Of a DNA stretch of 61,665 nucleotides, positions 22,340 to 34,994 are shown one piece after another. The position numbers and the translations under genes were made by a program. Under the pieces are notes generated by a model. The model saw nothing but the letters and a program-made list of their open reading frames with translations. It ran no database searches and was not told the DNA's origin. The stretch lies in contig NC_068981.1 of assembly GCF_001194135.2 (NCBI RefSeq), positions 67,028,817 to 67,090,481 of the forward strand, in the 5' to 3' direction. Position 1 is the stretch's first letter. Each line of letters starts with the position of its first letter. The DNA is from Octopus bimaculoides. Taxonomy: Eukaryota.

Positions 22340-24984
22340 ATATGAAGGTCAAAGCGAGATATCCGACTAGCTATGTACTTGTCATACATGAGCTTGAGCA
22401 GGTATCACAATGTATACTAGGAATGGCAGAAACAAGATTTCATTTTTATGCAATAAATAATAATTACTATGTGAAATGCATTTAGCGATGGAATCATGTA
22501 TAGTGTATAGCCTTTAAGTTACTGGTTTAAAATTTCCACAAGCTTATCTTTTTTGAAATCAATAAGATATTTAAAATGTTGTGTATTTGTTGTGTTCGTA
22601 TGAGATTAAGCAATTTTGTTCTTTTCTACTCAATAGTGTTTTGTGTCTAAAATAAGAGTTTTTGTGCTGAAGAGATAAGGGAACCATACGTATAAATTTC
22701 GGGTTTCTGTTTTAGTTTCAAAACATTTTGAATTCACTTCTAAATGGAGACACATTTGATTTTACTGTTTCAAGTTATTTAGGTCTTATTCAATTTTGGT
22801 TAATTTTGTTCTGGCAAAAAGCATAATACCGGAGATGTTTGAAAGAAAAATCTAACGTTGCAATGTTATTGTTTTCCCGATGCTATTAGTAGTGAAATCC
22901 CTTTAGATGTGAAACAAAACTTGGTCACGATCCTTGTTGAGTAAAATATGAATTTTAGTTAAAGCACATTCTCTCTTTAAATTTATAGATTTATAAAATG
23001 TATTTGACTTAAAGTAAGACCTCATACTTGAAGAGTGAGGAGGGAAATGGAAAATTATATTGCCCATGTCTTTTCCAAGACAGCTAAAATTTAAGAGAAA
23101 TGTTTTCATCAGAGAACCGTAACCATACGGCAGACAACTCACTTGAAATTTACTCCTGGCCACAAGCGATTGACATTTATTTCATTAAAATTAGAAAAAG
23201 GAAAGAATTAGCGGAATGTTTTTGTGTGATGTTTTGAAAAATTGGAAAAGGTTTTTCTATTTATTTCTATCTTTTAATCCTTTCAATATGCACAGAATGA
23301 CAACGTTATAAATGCATAACACTTTATGAAGCTGAAGACATCTTCGGCTGTTACACAGGTAAAGAAAAGGGAAAAAGATAAAGAGAGGGAGAGAGAGAAA
23401 GAGAGAGTGTGTGTGTATAGGGGGGGGGGCAGTGAGTGAGAGATCCTATATGATAAATGATTCCTTCAGAGAAAACGACGAAAGAATTAGTGAAAAAAAA
23501 AGAAAAAATGTTTGCTGTGTATAATGACAAAATTAGCTTTAAAAATTCTCTAAGACAGAAACAAGCAGGAAATAATGAAATTTATCAATTTTAAAAGGAA
23601 GATTATGATCAAGAAAATAATGAACAAAACGAACTAATAATAAATTAATGTGTAATCAAATCAAATATTTGATTAATGATGATTTATAAGGATATAACGC
23701 TGCAATAGAGTTAGTTTGTTTAGAGGGCCAAACTAAGGAGTGATTACGTAACAGCATGTATCATAAAACAAAAGCAACATATTTATGAATTAGATTTTGA
23801 GAGAGAAAAGAAATGGTGGTTAACAAGCCTGCGTTTTATATAGTAAGACTGAAGTTGAAGTGAATTAAAGTATTAAAAAAAATGTTTGATGGTTTCAATA
23901 AAAAATATGAAAATTGGATTCGTATGCCTAGAAATAAAAACTATTGGGACAGTGTTGAAACATTTATGCCTTTCTCAAGCGTATTAACGTTCTAAGTGAA
24001 CTGATAGGATTTTCCATCAAAATTTAAAGCATGTGCTGGACGACTGGGGGAAATGTCACCCTTCTGGAGCACTGCTGCTCTTCATTACATTATGCAAAAT
24101 ATTAAACCCTTTTTATAAAACAAATGCCTAACGGCAAAATTATAATTAATTGTTAAACACATGCCCAACTTTTGTAATTGAAAAATTATAGCTGATTAAT
24201 TAATTAATACTTATGGATTTCAAGGGGATAATTCTAATGGTATCTATTGGTTTTGTTTCCCCTTATGTTAGTTTCATTCATTAGAATGTGACCGTGCTGA
24301 AACACCGCTTTGAAGGATTTAAAGAGATCAATTCCAGTACTTAATGTTTTGAAGTCTGGTACGCGTTCTATCATTTTCTTTTTTCTGAACCGTTAATTTA
24401 CGTTGACAAATATTGGTTGTCAACTGGTGGAAGGGACAGTTAGAATGAGATACCCACACAACAATCACACAATCAAACACATGCACATGTGCACCCACAC
24501 ATACACACACATGTATTCCACGGGTTTCCACCATATTCTGCCAACCAAATTCATTGACAAAGCATTGAGTTGGTCTCAAGTTACAATACTATAGTCTCCC
24601 TCATTTATCTTTCAATGTTTCTGATTTTCCGATCTAACATCTGTTCTTTATTTATTTCCATTTCAGCATACATATAACTATTTGATGTGTAAATGTTATG
24701 AAGTAAAGTGCCTCCCTGATGAAGTTTTGTGGTTCAACATCTGATTGCATTTGGAGTATCCAAATCAGAAAACATAAAAAATATAACACAAGGCGGAAAC
24801 TACGAAGGGATCAAATGACATAAACTTGCATTTATCACAAGTTCTCATATATAAATATANNNNNNNNNNNNNNNNNNNNNNNNNNNNNNNNNNNNNNNNN
24901 NNNNNNNNNNNNNNNNNNNNNNNNNNNNNNNNNNNNNNNNNNNNNNNNNNNNNNNNNNNNNNNNNNNTATATATATATGATACA

Positions 24985-25800
24985 AAATGGGACAAGAACG
25001 CAAAACATCCAGACAGTTAGGTGATACCTTTGTACTGATAGAAACTTTCTTGCTCGTCACTTATGTCATCATGATTTTCAAGGAATTTATCAAGGTCACT
25101 GTTGAAACCGTGTAGCATTTTGGTCATATTTGCTCCAAACTTTTGAAAGTTTTCCAGTATGTTGTCAACTATTTCTACATAGCTGGCCGCTTTCGTGTTC
25201 CTCAGAAAGTAATTTAGAACTATTACAAATGGATTTCATGCTGTTGCTGCTTCAGTGCATTTCATTGAATTTACGAAGTACCTATCTTTCATCTATTTTC
25301 TGATTTGCGACCCATCAAATACTCCAACTTTTCTCTTTTCAATGCTCAGAATTGGAAATGTCCTGTAGATATAGTGAAAGCATGGCTCATCTTTATCCAG
25401 AGCTTTAACAAATTGCTTCATGATGCCAAGTTTGATATGTGGGGGAGGTAGGATGATTTTTCTTGGTGGCTTTCCAACCAAAAGATTCTGGAACTAATGT
25501 TCGCTGCGGCCATTCTTTGGCCACTCAATGTTTTTCTCCGCCTCTGCTGTCCCGCATTCATAAAAGCATTGATTTTTGTGTATCCACTGTGTTGGATATA
25601 CCAAATATTCAGGAGAAAATTGGCCTTATCAAAGTCTACGAAGGTTACCCGCTAATGATTGGTAAATGTAAGAAAATTCGGATATCTTGAAATCTACAAA
25701 TGGTGGTAAAATACGGGTTCCACCTTTGGATTTAGCTTACCAAAAAACTCCGTAAAATCAAATAAAAAATGTCCGACAATAAAATATGTGTTGGGTTGTG
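24985..25800 (-). mobile_element. Chapaev3-like (CMC superfamily) DNA transposon relic, internally deleted
   Basis: The minus strand reads WDSRGGEKH*VAKEWPQR, KIILPPPHIKLGIMKQFVKALDKD..CFHYI..FP.LS.EK..GVFDGSQIRK, FLRNTKAASYVEIVDNILENFQKFGANM, SDEQ. A CAC-type terminus lies at about 25800. The superfamily name is from memory. Confidence 0.7.
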
Positions 25801-26599
25801 TAATTTATATACTATTTAAGTGTCTTTGATTTGTTGAGAGTCGAGTCTCTTATATGGAACTACTTATATATTATTGTAAGATGCTTTTATTATTATTGCC
25901 GATTCTGAGGGAGGTGGACTGGCAGAATTGCTGGAGAGTCAGACAAATTTCTTTAGTGTTTTTTTCTAGCTCTTTGGATCCTGAATTCAAATCTTCTCGA
26001 AGTCATCTTCGCTTTTTATGCTTCCAGGAACGATAAAATGAAGTGCTAGTCTTACTCTGGGACTACCTCACTCTTCACAAATTCCTCTCCATGTGCGCAA
26101 TTTAAAATCAGTTGTTATTGTAGATCCTATGTTTTGACAAAGACACTCAATCCCATCTCTCTATTTCTGCTACGTGTATATTTCTCTAAATTTCATAGGA
26201 CTATTCTTAATGCAGTTAAGTATTGTATATAACGTGTAATATACATGTAACATGTTTGTTAGAACATCGTTCTTTTATTGTTTTCCTTTCCGTTAGACAG
26301 ACATTAGCAGCTGAAATGTCTTCGTTACATATGTTACTATGCTTCTTTTATTGTCCTTGTGATTTGTCGAATTATCGAAATAAACTTCCACGTTATGAAA
26401 TTTCATTTCAACAACAATGCATTTGTTGTTCTTTGCAATATTAAACATTATAAATGTATTAGTAATAACACGGACAGTTTAACTAATAAGTTACGCAACA
26501 CCTGAAACGTTGCTGATTTTCTCTCTTGTTACTGCTATAACTTTGTACTCGAGACTATAGCACTTAGCAGCCAAAGTCTAAAATTTACCTCAGTAATAG

Positions 26600-27010
26600 T
26601 AGAAGGTGGCATCAAGAAGTTCCAGGACTAGTTATGTTTAATTAAAAATAACTTATTTACTTAAGTTTTAGCATCATATCCTTCGAAATAGTCATCTTGC
26701 GCAGCAATAGACCAGTCCCAGCGTTCTTGCCACATTTGGAATACGGTCTGGAAGTCGTTTTCCGCAAACGAGTCGAGGACCTTCTGCCATTCGCTCTGGA
26801 TCTCGACAACGGTGTGAAAACGGCGACCTTTCGACTGCATTTTCATTTTGGGAAAGAGATGGAAGTCTGCAGGTGCTAAATCTGGCGAATAGGGCGGGTG
26901 CAGAAGCGATGCCATGTTGTTTTTGGCGAGAAACTCACGAGTGACTAGAGCTCGATGATAGAATGCATTGTCATCGTGAATATTCCAGTTCTTCGCGCTC
27001 CACATATCCG
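26600..27010 (-). mobile_element. Mariner transposon 3' half with TIR
   Basis: The ORF reads IHDDNAFYH...HPPYSPDLAPADFHLFPKMK...WQERW...DYFEG. The TIR remnant ggtggcatcaagaagttccaggact is at about 26606-26630. Confidence 0.9.
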
Positions 27011-27399
27011 GTCGCATTTGTCTAGTTCTTAACAAAAAATTCGTATTTTACATATTGTACGAATGCTCTATTAGAACATACACTGGATTTCCATGTTCTA
27101 CTTATCAATATCATTCGAAGACCGGTAACAATAAACTAGGAGTAATAATTCGTTAATAAATAAACCTCTACTGCATATAATATAAATAACTATTATTTCT
27201 GTGTTGAGTGGCCTTGTTAACATTGCTTGTTTTTATATACATATAGCTATCCCTCCTTCATCAAGAGTAGCGCAGAGTGTACAAACTGATAAATAATAGA
27301 TGAATATAGAATAGTAACAGTTGAAGTTCTCTACCAATATTATCTCTCTTTCATCAGAAAACATGAAAATACATTTCATAAAAAGTTTTACATGACAAA

Positions 27400-28300
27400 T
27401 TTGTTTTGATATATAACAGAACACTGGACAACTTTATACATATTTGGATTTAGAACAAGAAATATCTAACATCTACGAAAGAAACAAGTCCATTTGAAAC
27501 GAAACTTTTTTAATGCCGTGAAGAGTAAAAATTTCAGAAAACCTACAACAACATGCAATGCCCTACAAAAACTATTTTCTGTTTTGGCGTAATTCTAATC
27601 AAATACACGATAAAAAAGGTAATAAAGTCTTTATAGAGAATACTTAATAACAGTCTTTTATCCAATAATATCAGTAGCAAATTTAAAACATACTGAGCCA
27701 TATTAGACGATCATCACAAAACTTAACAGAAATGAGTTGATGACAGAGTTGAAAAATCTAATTGCATTAGCAACATATATTATGCTTAAGGTCAAAACTT
27801 CAGTGGTAACCCTAAATACATGTTAAATCAGTAAAACCGGAATAAAGAATATTTGACAGACAAGTACTAGTGACGAATATACTTCGTGTAAATTATCCTT
27901 TTAAAATATACAAAAATATTAGACTGGTTTCGTAAAGGTATTTGAGATTCGTGAGTTAGTTTATCATTAGTAACTTGTATCATCGATTAATAAGACTCTT
28001 TACAAAGCTTTGGATTTCACAAGTAATATCATACCGATTAGCAAGTCTAATATTTATATATTCATTCACACAGGAAAATCGCTCATTTGTTTTTTTTTTC
28101 TAAAAATTCCTCTTAGATTGAGAGAAATGCTGAGCTGAATTTTTAATGTACCTCTAGGCATATATGATGGCAACCAGTTATGCGATTTTATAGAATTTAT
28201 ATATGAGAGGTTCTGCATAGAAAGTTTCTACGATAAGTCAAGGCATTTATAGAGGCAGTGGACGCTTAATATCGAGAAATGTAATCACATATTAGATCGA
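27400..28300 (+). mobile_element. Possible very old LINE RT relic
   Basis: Only scattered motif-like remnants (ELMTELKNL..IMLK, KVFE, ALDF.K). Confidence 0.2.
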
Positions 28301-28619
28301 CTTATATAGGACTTATTAACTATAATAAAATACATGTACATACATGAACAAACACTTTACTATTGATGCTAGAATTACAAGAAAGACGGACTATATAACC
28401 TGCTGTACACTGTTGTTTTAATTTGCATGATGAAGTGAAATCCTACTAAGGTGGCGATAAAGTAATTACTGGTTAAAATGTGATGTCATTTATATCAACT
28501 ATACCCTTTCCTCGTAATATTTTGGCCCGTGCCTTTGTCCGAAATCATACTAATAACCTATATTAAAAACGCATATATAATATATTTCTAAGCACACTAA
28601 ATTTGTAACTGTATTCAGT

Positions 28620-28930
28620 ATATTTCAATAAAATTTCCTTTTAACTTTGGTCGTAATTATCTCTTCCTTGCAATCAGATTGTTCTTGTATAATCCCTAAT
28701 ATATCGCACAAAAGCACTCATTGAATTGGAAAACCTCCGCAGCGCTTCAGAAATGTTAACAATACTATCTAACGTTGAATCTCCATACCTTCCTACTTCT
28801 GTTTCATCATCAATATATTTCGCAGTCAGTGCTTCTAACTCTTGATAACAGTCATTGCTACAATACTTGCATAGCTGATGGCATCAAACAAGTCCAGATG
28901 CTATCTACGAACACTAGTTGAACCAATTAT
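28620..28930 (-). mobile_element. Possible old RTE RT relic
   Basis: LVFVD...followed by a stretch loosely matching RTE RT domain 3-4 spacing. Confidence 0.25.
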
Positions 28931-30860
28931 ATAACTATTCCTGCATGCCAATATTGAATTATCTTCATTCTGAAACTGTCAAAATCCGCAAGAACGCTAT
29001 CATGCTTGATTCTAATATTGATGCCGTGGTATATGTATATATAGAACTGCAAACATTTCGCTCAATTAAGTTTTACAGAGTTAACGAGAGATCGGCAGAT
29101 ATGAATAAGAAAAACATCCTTCTGATTAATTCTCATCGAGATTAAAAAGTGGCTACTTAAACTGTATTTCGTCATTGGCTTCTATTTAAACAATTGTTTA
29201 TTGTGTTATACCCCAAAAGATAAACTTGAGTTGAATGGTTTTCCAGACCTATAACGGCACAGCTAATTTGAACTGTTTTGTGCCATTCAGTGAGACAAGA
29301 TCTTATGATTATTTTTCCGTTAACACTAAGTATATTGCTGAGTGACATTACTTTCAACAATAAATTTCAAATAACAAATATTAGTTTAGTGAAATCTTCA
29401 TTTTGTTCCGAAGGACATTATTTCTAATATATTACTTGGTATCTACAAAATCGACTAACGATCAATGATGGAATTATGTCAAATGAATGAGAAAGCTTGC
29501 GAAGTTATTTCAACTGCACGACTGTAAAACGATTACGCAATATCAACGATTTTCGGATAAAGCAAACACTTCAGAGTAGATTTAATTAACGTTGGATGTT
29601 GTTGGCTATACAATATTTGAATTGCATAGTACATAGAAAAATATCGATGAATGATAATATTTAAAGTTTCTGTTCAGAGTATACAGGTCGGAACTGCTAA
29701 AGTTTATTTCAAATGAAATCTTTTTAAAACCACACATTCCTTTAATCGAAATTTGCACACTAAGTCTCTTTGCATACATAAATACATCACGTAAATTAAT
29801 CATTGCAATAGAATAGGAACAAATTGGTACATTCCTATCTGTACACCCACAACTCAATTCAAAACACGAATTCTTCTTCCCTTTCGACACCGAACGGTTA
29901 TTATTTGCTCAATATTATGATTCCGATAAAAATTGTTTAACCTTCATTTACATATTCTATTGCATATTAAACTAACAGATTTGCTCGTGTCAGTTATATC
30001 CATAATCAATAACAGTTATTCAAATTATTAAGAAATACACCACATAATAAAATATTGATTTTTAACATTGACACAACCCGTCACATTTTGATGAGAGAGG
30101 GAAACAATCGATTACAACAATCCCGGCAGTTGGCTGGTAATTATTCTATAGACCCCGGATGGATTAACGACAAAATTGATCTCAACTAGATTGGAACTCC
30201 GAATGTAAAGAAGTGTCGTACAATATTGATTTCTAACATTGATTTGCACAAGGCCTCAAATTTGGATGACGTTCTACAGTCAAGTCTATTGATGTCAGTA
30301 CTTGACTGGTACTTCATTTTATCTAATGCGAAAATATAGAAAACAAAGCTGACGAGGCTAGTAATTGAACTCACTAAGAAAAGATGTAACTGAATATTGC
30401 AAGATATTTTGCTGTCGATTTTTTCCAACCACAAAATATGACGTTGAAACAATTTTAGATGTTGCCCTTCGATATATTTCCTGCATATCCGAACATTAAA
30501 ACTCAAGAACTATAACACTCAAATAATCGTCCAATGATTTCAGCTGTCTTTGTTAGGCATAAAAACTTAATATTGTTATTATCTTTTCCTTTTCTGCATA
30601 AAATATCACCGACACTTTATCAGCTCTACGTCAAACGGTAGAGCGGAGAAATCTAGTGTAATCCCAGTTAACCGATAATATTACATTTGTTCATCTGTCA
30701 GCTGTTTATTTGTATTTTGTATTAAAACTATCAGCAAAGTGAGCTTCATTGAATCAATAATTTAAATCTGATGGTACTTGAAACTAGTATCCGATTTTGT
30801 GCCTCTTTAGAAGGAATACAAAATTTTATTTGTCCATTTAAAAAAATTTAGTTGAATGAA

Positions 30861-31078
30861 GGCGGTGAGCTGGCAGAATCGTTAGCACGCTGTACAAATT
30901 GCATAGCAGCATTTTGCACGTCTTTATGTCTTGAGTTCAAATTCCGCTTAGGTAGACTTTGACTTTCATCCTTTCGGGTACGACGAAATAAGCAGCAGTT
31001 GAACACTGGGTTTCATGTACTCTTCTAGTCACTTTTCACAAACTTTCAGGCCCTGTGTCTGTAGTAGAAACGATTATT
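30861..31078 (+). mobile_element. tRNA-derived SINE
   Basis: ggcggtgagctggcagaatcgttagcacgc..gagttcaaattcc (B box)..ctttcatcctttcggg; homologous to 21893 and 37989. Confidence 0.85.
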
Positions 31079-31654
31079 CAGAGGGAAGAGGGAAAATCAG
31101 CGCTCGCGATATTCCTTCTAGGCTCTCTAAGACTGGTGCAATCGATGCAGTTCGTGTTCAGACTGAATATTAAAAAGTTGGTACCTGTTAAAAGATCGAA
31201 TCTTAGATGAGATTCCATGGATTTGCAATTGCAGAGTGTAAATATTCAGAGAAATATTTCGTAAAGGATTCCAATTATGTGCTACACAGTATCAATAGAA
31301 GCGAAGAAACTAGTATATCAAGTGCCCTCGACAGAAATGGTATTCAACATGTAAAGAAAGTAAATGAGTAAAGTGGCAAAGTCACAAACCCATTCATGCA
31401 AATACACACACACACTTGTCTGTCTGTCTACATTTTATCTTTCTGTCTATATATGGATATCGGTTAATGAATGGAGGAGTAATAGTTTCCTGCTCCAACA
31501 ACACATTAATCGAACGCTCTTGTGTACCGTACAGATTCAGCAATCGTTCATTGATTGAATGACTGCAGGATCATGGAATAGCTGAGAAATAATTACTGAA
31601 TTCACTAAATGGTATCTATCTATCTTTAAATACATAAAATGATAAAAACCTCAT

Positions 31655-31940
31655 TCAGTCATAAATAACCATGGGATTTACACCTAGAAAAGTTCCCATC
31701 CGAGGCGCAAGTTCGAGCAAAGTTGTTTATGGATGACCAGTAGTCACCCAAGCATACCAGCCAGCCTTCTCCATGCCACCAATATTATCCAAGGGAAAGG
31801 CAAAGGCCGATACCCCTTGAAACCAGTGACGTCCCAACTCATTTCTACAACTGAGTGAACTTGAGCAACGTGAAAGAAAGTGTCTTGCTCAAGATCATAA
31901 CTCACTATCTCATGTCTGTTAGCCTTATGCTCTAACCATT
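31655..31940 (-). mobile_element. tRNA-derived SINE with CORE-like central domain
   Basis: Reverse complement: gcatggctcaatggttagagc (A box) ..cttgagcaagacactt..gttgctcaagttcactcagttgtagaaatgag. Confidence 0.7.
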
Positions 31941-31986
31941 GAGCCATGCTGCATATTTATATATATATGTATGTATATGTATATAA

Positions 31987-32018
<32 letters not shown>

Positions 32019-33319
32019 NNNNNNNNNNNNNNNNNNNNNNNNNNNNNNNNNNNNNNNNNNNNNNNNNNNNNNNNNNNNNNNNNNNNNNNNNNNNNNTTTA
32101 TTTTCATTAAAATTTTTATTTTTTATTTTTGTTTATACTTATATTTATATTTATTTTTATTTTTTTATCTTACCCACATATATTTTTATTTTTATTTTCA
32201 TTAAATATATTTTCATTTTATTTCAGTAAAACCGTTCAGAAATTAAATAACATTAACATATTCAGTAACAATAATAAATTTAATTTATCCTCGACGCTTT
32301 TTAGTTTTACCAAATGTGAATATTTGGATCCTGTTTAAAACCTCTTACCTACTTGACAATTGCATTTGTAGCTCTGCCTTGAAGGAAGCTTTACTTCTTG
32401 GACTCACGTTTTTGTGCGCAACGATGTTGTTAAACCTCTGTTAACAGCATTGTTTGCAGGTCCTTTCCCTTTTCTTTCACGCAAGTATAAATTGTTCTCC
32501 ATGGACCTTAATGATCATAAAGACACTATATTAGTGGATAGACTAAAAAGGCCTTCATAGAGTAAACTGTCCCTGTTGCCAATGCAGACGGCACACACAC
32601 AGCATTACAAGCACCTTTACATTTTATGACTATCGTTGGGATCGATCAGGTACCGGACAAGGATTCTGGATTATTTTTCCGGCTTAGTTACTTAAGTTTT
32701 GAGAGCGGTCGGGATCATTTTTAATATTCTCGTTTGTGACAGCAGTCGAGTTTATTTCAGATATACTCATTTTAAAAATCATCTCCAGCTAATCGTTGAG
32801 AGGACGTTCGTGTTGCCTTTTTATTATTATTTTTTATTATTTTATTTTTGTCTGTATACCTTATCTTTTCTTTTTAGAAAAAGGCACTTATTTTTATTCA
32901 CCATAAAAGGCGAATACAGTAAATCCGATAGAAGCACACTCAAAGATGTAGACTAGTATATATTAAAAAGGGAGAGGGGTTGTGGGATTACCTTGGGTTT
33001 CCCGTCTATAAATAGTTTATGGACTTAAAACCCGGGGTGGTCTCGTGGGCTGTCCTTTCCCATTTTTAATGTATATATATATTGTTTGCGGATATGATAG
33101 TTTCTCTCAAGCCAGCCTTAATAGATAAAACTTGTCTTGAAATAAATGTCCCAGAATCAAAAGTATTGTAGCCATGACTATCCTGTGAAATATATCCAGT
33201 TGTATGTTATTCAAAATGTCTTTCAATTTGAAGGACTGTAATGTGTGAATTGAAAAATGTGACAGCAGTCAAGTAGAAACTCCCGCGTTGGTTTGTTCTT
33301 GATACTCACTGGCAACTAT

Positions 33320-33430
33320 TTTGCCTATTAATTCCCTAATGACTGATGAACAAGAAGCTATGACTAAAAGAGTACGAAGATATTTTCTGGCTTGAGTGCA
33401 TGGTTCGCATAAAGTGTACGACCCATGACA
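33320..33430 (+). pseudogene. Possible Mutator/MULE transposase catalytic fragment
   Basis: PINSLMTDEQEAMTKRVRRYFLA*VHGSHKV resembles the MULE motif xxTDxExAxxxAvxxxFPxaxxxGCxFH. Confidence 0.3.
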
Positions 33431-34189
33431 ACAGGATTGTGGGTTGCTCTTGGAGGCGTGACACATCCAGTTAAAACTGCAGGCTTTGTTCAGTTCTGAT
33501 GTCTCAACACCTGACACTGCCAGTCTTTCTGAATAAAAAAAACAGCCGTAGCGGTCATTCCTTGATAAAACATACCGAAAATAATGATTATTGCCAAAAT
33601 AAGACTAAGTGAATTCATGAAGAAGAAGGAGGAGGAGATGACGAACATTACAATGATGATGCTGAAAAAGTTGAAGAGGACAATCAGCCGACAAATATGA
33701 AAAGTAAAATCAGGAATGATGAAGAGACATGTAAAAAATTCAGACAAAAGCAGCCTATGGCGTCTTCACATTCTCGAGTATCGTTTCAATCTACGTCCAG
33801 TAAGAAAACTAATGATATTATCAGTATACCGGAAGTAGAGAAGGCATCAGGCCATTTGGAATTATTCATCCCAGGAAAAGCTGGGTGTCAAATGATTTAT
33901 AAATCAAAATTCAAAGTCAGCATTATTTTTGTTTATTTGTTTCTTTTAGTCTCTTTTGTTTACTTTTGTCTTTTTTAAAATTTCATCTTTAAGAACTGAC
34001 GTTGACTTGTTTTTATATTCTTCCCTTCTGAAGGTGCTGCATCCTAAATACTGAAAAAATTCATTATAATTGCTTTGTTTATATTCTTTCTTTCTTTTAT
34101 TTATTTATTTATTTACTGTTTATTATGTGACAAAATTTAATATTCCAGCTGAAGATTTTCATTTGGCAGAAAATAAAAGAAATCTAAAA

Positions 34190-34993
34190 AAAAAAAACAA
34201 TAAATAAATAAATGAAAGGCTATTGCCCAGACGGGACAATACAGGACAGACAAAACATGGGGGTCAAAATAGAGTATGGATAATGAAAGAGTGGAAATTA
34301 TGAAAATGGAGTGATGGACACAGGGACCCCACAAACCATGCATCATCACTGATCTTTTCTTAGAATCACTGGTATTTACGTTCAAGTCACCCCACTTACA
34401 CATATAACAAAGCATACACTCTTCGTTCACAAATCAGGACAGACAAAATGGGTTGGAGCAACATATGATTAGATAACATGTAACACTTGATGAAAAAGGA
34501 ATGTCGCATTGTCATTTGGTCTTCTGTTAGGATCACTGGTATTGTCTTTTGAGTTCGCTGGTGTTCGGGGGTGGAGATGCTCATTATGGGAGTAACACAT
34601 GAATTTCTGTATGTGTCTTTAGCTAGGGTGGTTTATTTTCTCCCACTGTTGCTGGCGGTGATATGTCTTGTGTAAATCAATTATATGTGGCTTTGTTTGG
34701 GAAAACTGAATAGGACGTTTGTGTTTTGTATATATATGGTGTAAATCTGGGGTTTTTGTTGTCTTTGTTTTTGATGGATTCTTTGTTTGGGGTAACTGCG
34801 TAGGATGTTTGTGGTTTGTGTGTGTATGTTGTGGATGTGGGTTTTTGGTTGTCTTTTGGTGGTCTTTTTTATAAGTGCGAGGCGAGGTACCTTTCATTTT
34901 CGTCTCTTTTTGACCATTGTCCATCCGTCGTCGCTCTCCTTGAACAAGGTTACCGGTGTCCCTCTTGGGGTTCTCTGTTTCCCTCCGTGACAT
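34190..34993 (-). mobile_element. Tx1/L1-like fragment (ORF1 basic tail joined to a 3' end)
   Basis: A K/T/P/H-rich frame (34619-34993) similar in character to 35896-36441, then CERRV and a pyrimidine-rich UTR-like segment resembling 37760-37970. Confidence 0.35.
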
Positions 34994-34994
34994 C

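Noticed and set aside
24712-24780. CTGATGA ... GAAA hammerhead-like words with a nearby hairpin
   Set aside because: Stem II does not close next to the core, and I found no matching stem I or stem III.
26495-26520. caacacctgaaacgttgc, resembling a collapsed hammerhead
   Set aside because: Too short, and the NGA and stem II are absent. Compatible with chance.
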